From: Leptospira sp. | GTDB taxonomy: Bacteria > Spirochaetota > Leptospiria > Leptospirales > Leptospiraceae | Length of the DNA stretch: 64,000 nt | Direction of reading: 5' to 3' | Assembly: GCA_034439575.1 (NCBI GenBank) | Contig: JAWXAQ010000016.1 | Span: forward strand, 160,001-224,000 | Shown: one piece after another, positions 58,323-64,000 of the stretch | Numbering within the stretch: the first letter of the stretch is position 1 | How the letters are laid out: each line of letters starts with the position of its first letter | Notes under the pieces: generated by a model | Told to the model about the DNA's origin: nothing | The model's database searches: none | The model's input: the letters and a program-made list of their open reading frames with translations, nothing else | Program-made: the position numbers and the translations under genes

Positions 58323-59639
58323 ATGATTATTTCAAGACCACAAGCAGGTAAAATCAGGACAAGACGAAATTGGGTGATGAGTTTTCTAGTCTTTCTTTTC
58401 GTCTCTGCCCCTTGGGTAGTGTTACCTTCAGGAACTCCGCTCATTCGATTGGATATACCTCATCGAATGTTTCACTTGTTTGGCGGTCTTTTTATACCAC
58501 AGGAGGGCCTTATCCTGTGGTTTTTTCTATTAACTATGGGTTTATCTTTATTCTTTTTTACATCCGTTATAGGTCGTGTTTGGTGCGGATGGGGTTGTCC
58601 ACAGACAATTTACACTGATTTTTTTGACCGTATTGGAAGAATGATTTTGGATTCGAAATATGGAAAAAAAGATGCACCATTATTTAAAAAGTATTTGGTT
58701 TATTCTATTTGGCTATTGACCTCATTTATAGCCTCTTTCCATTGGGTTGCTTATTTTGTAAGTCCTTATGAAATGGCAAATAGTTTTATAAATGGAAATT
58801 ATTTCACCCAAACAGAATTTTATTTCATATTATTTTTCACCTTTGCCATGTTTGTTGACATTGGATTTATTAGGGAACAATTTTGCAAATATGCATGCCC
58901 TTATGCCAGATTCCAAACTTTACTTATGGATGAACATTCTTGGAACGTAACCTATGATTTTAAAAGAGGCGAACCAAGAAGAGATAAAAAATCACAGGAA
59001 GGTGATTGTATATCTTGTAATATGTGTGTGGCTGTCTGCCCTACTGGCATTGATATAAGAGAAGGATTACAAGTTGGATGCGTTGCCTGTGGGAAATGTG
59101 TTGATGCATGTACTTCTATTATGGCGAAGGAAAATAAAAAAACTTTGATTGGATACTTTTCTTTAGCCCAAATTGAAACTAAAGAAAAAATTAAATGGGT
59201 TCGTCCACGAACTATTGTATATGCCATATTACTTATGTTAGTTTTATTTGGCTCAACTTACAAACTCATCACTCGAGTGCCAATGTCTCTCATCGCCGCT
59301 GGAAACAAATCAATGCCGCCAACCATTTTACCAGAAAATAAAATACGCGCTTTTGTTGCTCTACGCATCCAGAATATAGCACCGAGAGAAGAAGAATTTG
59401 TATTAGAAGCCTTTGATACACGTCATAATAAAACGATTTTAATTCGATCTGGTGAAGGAGAAAAATTGAAATTGGCTTCTGGCGAAATCAAAAGTTTCTC
59501 TGTCGTTTTAGAAACTCAATCTCTTACGCCCGAAGAATTGAGAGAAAAATACATACCAGGCATGATTCGCTTAAAAAATGCAAACAATCCTAATTTGAAA
59601 ATTGAAAAAGTCTTATCGATTACCATACCAGGAGTATAG
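58323..59639 (+). CDS. ccoG: Cytochrome c oxidase accessory ferredoxin-like protein
   Basis: GRVWCGWGCPQT, FCKYACPY and two 4Fe-4S CxxCxxC motifs. Confidence 0.93.
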   Translation: MIISRPQAGKIRTRRNWVMSFLVFLFVSAPWVVLPSGTPLIRLDIPHRMFHLFGGLFIPQEGLILWFFLLTMGLSLFFFTSVIGRVWCGWGCPQTIYTDFFDRIGRMILDSKYGKKDAPLFKKYLVYSIWLLTSFIASFHWVAYFVSPYEMANSFINGNYFTQTEFYFILFFTFAMFVDIGFIREQFCKYACPYARFQTLLMDEHSWNVTYDFKRGEPRRDKKSQEGDCISCNMCVAVCPTGIDIREGLQVGCVACGKCVDACTSIMAKENKKTLIGYFSLAQIETKEKIKWVRPRTIVYAILLMLVLFGSTYKLITRVPMSLIAAGNKSMPPTILPENKIRAFVALRIQNIAPREEEFVLEAFDTRHNKTILIRSGEGEKLKLASGEIKSFSVVLETQSLTPEELREKYIPGMIRLKNANNPNLKIEKVLSITIPGV

Positions 59640-59643
59640 TTAT

Positions 59644-60138
59644 ATGTTTACTCAATTACACCCTTCGCTCCGAAATGCAATGTATTTAGTTTTGTTAAGC
59701 TTTGTTGGCCTAATTGCGGCAACATTTTATACTATTCGCCTAACGTACAAACACTTTGAACCTGTGATGGACAAAGATTATTATGAAATAGGTTTGAACT
59801 ACGAAAATTCAATCAAAGACCAGAAAGAATTGATGAACCAAGGATTTCAATTAGATTTAAAAATCGGAAACGGGGATATTATATTAACTAAAGGTATAAT
59901 GCCCGTTGTCGTTTCTGTCAAACAAAACCAAAATCTTAGCAATGCAGATTCAATTAAATTAATTCTCGAACGTTCAGCGACTACCAAACAAACATATAAT
60001 TATGAATTAAAAAAATCATCAGATGGTATTTACAAAACAAACATAGAAATAAAAGACATTGGGAGTTGGAATACCAGAGTGATTGCAATTATTGGTGGAA
60101 AAACTTTCGAGAAGCAAGGTATCATTTCTATTCGATAA
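59644..60138 (+). CDS. ccoH: FixH/CcoH family protein
   Basis: One TM then DYYEIGLNY; position within the cco cluster. Likely start ATG 59644. Confidence 0.8.
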   Translation: MFTQLHPSLRNAMYLVLLSFVGLIAATFYTIRLTYKHFEPVMDKDYYEIGLNYENSIKDQKELMNQGFQLDLKIGNGDIILTKGIMPVVVSVKQNQNLSNADSIKLILERSATTKQTYNYELKKSSDGIYKTNIEIKDIGSWNTRVIAIIGGKTFEKQGIISIR

Positions 60139-60141
60139 AAT

Positions 60142-62601
60142 ATGGAAAACACACAAATCACCGAGACGACTCAGACAACAGAATGTGATCATTGCGGAAA
60201 TACGTTTCGTCTCGTAAAATTAAAAGCTCACATAGAAGGCGAAGAAAAATATTTTTGTTGTGAAGGTTGTGAAACAGTTTATTCACTGATACGCTCAATA
60301 TCTGGTGAAAGGTACTATTCACTCAAAGGATCACAAAGAATAGAACCGGTAGATTTTGATGAAGGTTTTGAAAATAAATACTCACAGTTTGATTCAGATG
60401 CAATTTATGAAAAGTTTGTAAGAACAAACAATGGTTTATCTGAAGTCATAATTCAAATCACAAACATTCATTGTTCAGCCTGCGTTTGGTTGAATGAAAA
60501 AGTTCTTTCTGAAACAATTGGAATTCGTTCGGCTCAGATTAATTTTGCATCAGGACGAGCAAAAATTGTATTCAATCATACTGAAATTAAGTTATCTGAA
60601 ATTTTAAAATCCATTTCACAAATTGGCTATAAACCGCAACTTTATTCTCCAGGTTCAAACACAAAACAGTATAAAAAAAGTCTTAATAGTTTGTTTTTAA
60701 GGATCGGTGTTGCAGGTTTCGCTTTTGGTAACATGATGGTACTTAGCGTAGCACTTTACAGCGGTTATTTCTCTGGCATAGATACAGACTTAAAACGATT
60801 GTTTCATTTTGTTTCATGGTTTTTTGCAACGCCCGCCTACCTATATTCAGGTTATCCCTTTATGAAAGGATTTTTCCATAGCATCAAACAACGTACTTTA
60901 ACTATGGATTTTCTTTTGTTCTTCGGAATCTCACTAGCTTACTTCTATTCAGTTTATGTGACGTTTACAGACAAAGGCGAAGTTTACTTTGATTCCGTTG
61001 CGATGATTTATTTCTTTATCTTGATTGGAAAATACTTCGAAGAAAAATCTAGATTAAATGCAGCAGAAAAACTAGAGTCTATCCTTTGTCGTTTGCCAGA
61101 AGAATCCATAAAAATCATAAATGGTATCGAAACCAAAGTAAAAAGCGAAGACATTCGCTTAGGTGATAGGATAAAAATTTTGCCAGGTATGCGAGTGCCA
61201 GTTGATGGTATCATTGAATCAGAAATCATTCAAATCGATGAATCTTTTTTGACAGGAGAATCAAAACCCATAACAAAAAGAAAAGGTGATACCCTACTCG
61301 CAGGTTCTTTGGCACTCGATAGCCATGTGGTTTTAATTGCAACCACGGACTATCACGCATCAACTCTGTCTTCTTTAAAATTACGTATGGAAGAGGCACT
61401 ACTTAGTAAGCCGAAAATTCAAATTCTTACAGAGAAAATCGCTTCCTATTTTATCTCTACAGTATTTATCATTTCCCTACTAACACTTGCTTCTTGGTTA
61501 ATTGTTACCAATGGGAATTTTGAAAAATCTCTCATATATACCATTTCGGTATTAATCGTTGCTTGCCCTTGCGCTTTAGGTATATCAGTACCTACAGCAC
61601 TTGTAATGAATCATATTCTTAATTCGGAGAAAGGTGTACTATTAAAAAATCCAAGTGTGGTCGAACCATTGGCCAAAATTTCTCAAATATTTTTAGATAA
61701 AACAGGAACTTTAACGGAAGGAAAATTCTTAGTCAGAGAGATAAATATCGATACATCTTTTTACCCACTACTCTTTGCTCTAGAAAAGCAAGTAAACCAT
61801 CCTCTGGCAAAATCAATTGTCAGTTTTCTAAAACCCATTTTGGCGAATGCTCAAAACTATGAAATACCAGAAATTCATTCATTCAAGGCATTCCCAGGCA
61901 AAGGCCTGTTAGCTGACATTTCAACAGACTCGGGAACTCAAACTGTATTACTCGGCAATTTGCAATTGTTAAATAACTATCAAATTTCTATTCCTATCCA
62001 TGAAAAGGAAGGCTCAATGGTATATTTGGCGATAGGTGGTGAGTACAAAGGATTTATACTTCTTGCAGATGCACTTCGAACCGAATCATTTGAATTTGTT
62101 ACAAAGCTAAGAAAAATAATCCCAAAGATCACGATTCTTTCGGGAGACTCTGCCCTTCCTGTAAGACTAACAGCGGACACACTTCATATAAACTCATACT
62201 TCTCTGATTTAAGCCCCGAAGAAAAGGTAATTAAAATTAAAGAAGCTCGTGCAAAAGGAAATATTGTGGCTATGGTGGGAGATGGAATTAATGATAGTCT
62301 CTCTCTCGCAGGTGCTGATGTCTCCATTTCCCATACGGAGGCGGAAGATCTTTCTTTGGAGAAAGCGGATGTTGTATTGACTTCTGGGAATTTAAATGGC
62401 ATCCTTTATTCTATACATTCGGCTAAAAAAACAAGGCAAGTGATCTTACAGAATATTATCATTTCATTGTGTTATAATTCGATTATGTTGCCTCTCGCCG
62501 TTTTTGGTTTTATGCTTCCAGTTATCTGTTCAATATTTATGGCAGCATCTTCATTGACTGTACTTATTAATTCCCTTTCCCTAAGGATTCGTATCAAATA
62601 A
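60142..62601 (+). CDS. ccoI: Copper-translocating P1B-type ATPase
   Basis: FCCEGC, HCSAC, TGES, CPCALG, DKTGT and GDGIND motifs. Confidence 0.93.
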   Translation: MENTQITETTQTTECDHCGNTFRLVKLKAHIEGEEKYFCCEGCETVYSLIRSISGERYYSLKGSQRIEPVDFDEGFENKYSQFDSDAIYEKFVRTNNGLSEVIIQITNIHCSACVWLNEKVLSETIGIRSAQINFASGRAKIVFNHTEIKLSEILKSISQIGYKPQLYSPGSNTKQYKKSLNSLFLRIGVAGFAFGNMMVLSVALYSGYFSGIDTDLKRLFHFVSWFFATPAYLYSGYPFMKGFFHSIKQRTLTMDFLLFFGISLAYFYSVYVTFTDKGEVYFDSVAMIYFFILIGKYFEEKSRLNAAEKLESILCRLPEESIKIINGIETKVKSEDIRLGDRIKILPGMRVPVDGIIESEIIQIDESFLTGESKPITKRKGDTLLAGSLALDSHVVLIATTDYHASTLSSLKLRMEEALLSKPKIQILTEKIASYFISTVFIISLLTLASWLIVTNGNFEKSLIYTISVLIVACPCALGISVPTALVMNHILNSEKGVLLKNPSVVEPLAKISQIFLDKTGTLTEGKFLVREINIDTSFYPLLFALEKQVNHPLAKSIVSFLKPILANAQNYEIPEIHSFKAFPGKGLLADISTDSGTQTVLLGNLQLLNNYQISIPIHEKEGSMVYLAIGGEYKGFILLADALRTESFEFVTKLRKIIPKITILSGDSALPVRLTADTLHINSYFSDLSPEEKVIKIKEARAKGNIVAMVGDGINDSLSLAGADVSISHTEAEDLSLEKADVVLTSGNLNGILYSIHSAKKTRQVILQNIIISLCYNSIMLPLAVFGFMLPVICSIFMAASSLTVLINSLSLRIRIK

Positions 62602-62780
62602 TGGAAGCCCTATATATCACAATTCCAGTCGCTACTTCCATCGCACTTTTTTTTCTTTGGGTATTCATATCGGCTTTTCGAAAAGGGCAATTTGAAGATA
62701 TTGAAGCCCCAAAATATAGAATTTTTTTCGAAGACGAATTTCCAAAAGATAAAAAACCAAAACCAGATGATCACAATTGA
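62601..62780 (+). CDS. ccoS: cbb3 oxidase maturation protein CcoS (not in the ORF track)
   Basis: Hand translation MEALYITIPVATSIALFFLWVFISAFRKGQFEDIEAPKYRIFFEDE... (59 aa) carries the GQFED motif. Confidence 0.9.
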   Translation: MEALYITIPVATSIALFFLWVFISAFRKGQFEDIEAPKYRIFFEDEFPKDKKPKPDDHN

Positions 62781-63465
62781 ATTAACTGGTATTATGTTTA
62801 CTTCGTTTATCTTTGGTTTAACGAGTAGTTTCCATTGCCTAACTATGTGTGGACCACTTGTCGGAATCGTTCAATCTGGTGTTACCGACAAACATGCACA
62901 TATTCTTTACCAAATAGGTAGAATGTTTTCTTATGTTTGTTTGGGTGGGATACTTGGGTGGTTTGGTAAAGGAGCAAATTCCTTTGGAGATACCGCCGAA
63001 ATTCAAAATTTGGCCGGATACTTTTCGCTTTTTATAGTCATACTATTTGGCATAAAACTTATATTAGATGGTAAAGGATTAAATTTTTTCCCATCTTTTG
63101 CAAAAATGATGTCACCCGTTCTTATTTATTTGAGAAAAAAAAATCAGATGTGGGCCCTTGGACTTTTGATTGGAGCTTTGAGTGCCTTTCTTCCTTGTGG
63201 AGTACTATACCCAGCCTATGCAGTTTCATTTGCTACTGGTGATTTAACGAGTGGATCGCTTGTTATGTTGGCTTTTTACGCAGGTACTTTTCCGGCATTA
63301 TTCGGTCTTGGTCTCGGATTAAAATGGATAAAGGTTCATATCCAAGCAAAGTATGTGACGTATTTCGGCCTTTTTTTGATACTAATCTCGCTATTCTTTC
63401 TTACACTTCGAGTCTTTCATCCCATACATTCCGAGAATTGTGATCACATCGAGGATCAAAATTGA
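62767..63465 (+). CDS. DsbD_2/TauE-SafE-like membrane protein of cco clusters
   Basis: SFHCLTMCGP, YQIGR and LPCGVLY motifs. Likely start ATG 62767. Confidence 0.85.
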   Translation: MITIELTGIMFTSFIFGLTSSFHCLTMCGPLVGIVQSGVTDKHAHILYQIGRMFSYVCLGGILGWFGKGANSFGDTAEIQNLAGYFSLFIVILFGIKLILDGKGLNFFPSFAKMMSPVLIYLRKKNQMWALGLLIGALSAFLPCGVLYPAYAVSFATGDLTSGSLVMLAFYAGTFPALFGLGLGLKWIKVHIQAKYVTYFGLFLILISLFFLTLRVFHPIHSENCDHIEDQN

Positions 63466-63476
63466 TTATCAAAAAC

Positions 63477-63797
63477 CTATCTTAAGTATTTGTTTTTATA
63501 TTTTTTAGCAATTTCTAGAGTCATACTAGATGCAGGTAAAACAGCTACTAAGCGATTTCCTAAATTTCTTTTATGTGTGAGTAACCATCTACGAAAATTC
63601 CCCTTTTCTTCTTCATCTGGACCTATTAAGATCAATTCAGATGTGGAACCAATGGAAGTAACTAAATCATTGTAATATGAAAGCGAATTTTCATTTTGAA
63701 AATTTAATTCTTCCGATATCAGATCTGAATCTTTTGGAAAACAAATTAATTTGGCTTTTTGATGTTCTAAAAAGAGTACGCATGATCCCATATCCAA
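63477..63797 (-). CDS. Small hypothetical protein resembling bacterial eRF1-like/host-attachment family
   Basis: N-terminal VLFLEHQKAKLI; YY..L...I....ELILIGP...K..F..WL pattern. Confidence 0.5.
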   Translation of the reverse strand: MDMGSCVLFLEHQKAKLICFPKDSDLISEELNFQNENSLSYYNDLVTSIGSTSELILIGPDEEEKGNFRRWLLTHKRNLGNRLVAVLPASSMTLEIAKKYKNKYLR

Positions 63798-63880
63798 CCT
63801 TCCTTTTTCTATTTAAAGAATTAGACATGGGAATAAACGCAATTACAACATGGAAATTTTATCTAAGACTTAAAGACCAC

Positions 63881-63894
63881 ATGATAATTGTCAA
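63881..63894. promoter_or_regulatory. Second FNR/Crp-like box
   Basis: ATGATAATTGTCAA; its reverse-complement core TGACAATTATCA is identical to the core upstream of ccoN. Confidence 0.5.
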
Positions 63895-64000
63895 TCTTCG
63901 CTAAGATATAGCAATGGATTCGAATCGTATTCTTCGATCATAAAACCTACGTTATTTGCAAAGTCATCCGAAGTGGGATTTATCGTAACCAATCCGAAAG

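Noticed and set aside
62692..62780. Long N-terminal extension of the DsbD_2-like ORF
   Set aside because: That stretch encodes ccoS in another frame; the likely start is ATG 62767.
367..63904. Numerous 60-160 aa alternative-frame and antisense ORFs in the track (e.g. 16017-16457, 25451-25927, 27137-27577, 38150-38575, 54369-54731)
   Set aside because: They lie inside well-supported genes, lack motifs or an RBS, and read like typical shadow ORFs.
1..64000. CRISPR array, tRNA/rRNA, IS transposase, integrase or prophage genes
   Set aside because: I saw no regularly spaced direct repeats, RNA-gene signatures or mobile-element protein motifs by eye. A covariance-model search would be needed to fully exclude small RNAs.

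Overview
AT-rich, gene-dense bacterial chromosome segment. The gene content points to a Leptospira, probably a saprophytic clade; this is inferred from DUF1574-type and lipoprotein-rich hypotheticals, the eukaryote-type UDP-glucose pyrophosphorylase and the short ccoP. I saw no rRNA, tRNA, CRISPR array, transposase, integrase or prophage. Housekeeping blocks: speE...pyrF, methylmalonyl-CoA mutase (small and large subunits, meaB), cheD-HDOD-aroK, gltBD, and a complete cbb3 oxidase cluster ccoNOQP-GHIS-dsbD-like. ccoQ and ccoS are missing from the ORF track and were translated by hand. Most worth following up: (1) an FAD oxidoreductase-DUF1365-methyltransferase triad with the family make-up of the furan fatty acid pathway; (2) a divergent locus pairing a FadL-like barrel and an acidic lipoprotein with an SH3-M48 peptidase fusion and a CHASE2 adenylate cyclase; (3) a papain-fold/Fn3 protein whose catalytic Cys and His are both replaced; (4) a 138-bp multi-stem intergenic element; (5) a perfect CsoR-type palindrome before a DUF302 gene; (6) an ECF sigma factor with a Cys-rich tail and no anti-sigma; (7) a possible metal-sensing leader ORF before a copper storage protein; (8) an identical FNR-like box upstream of ccoN and upstream of a small release-factor-fold-like gene. 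All family calls come from motif recognition by eye, not from database searches.
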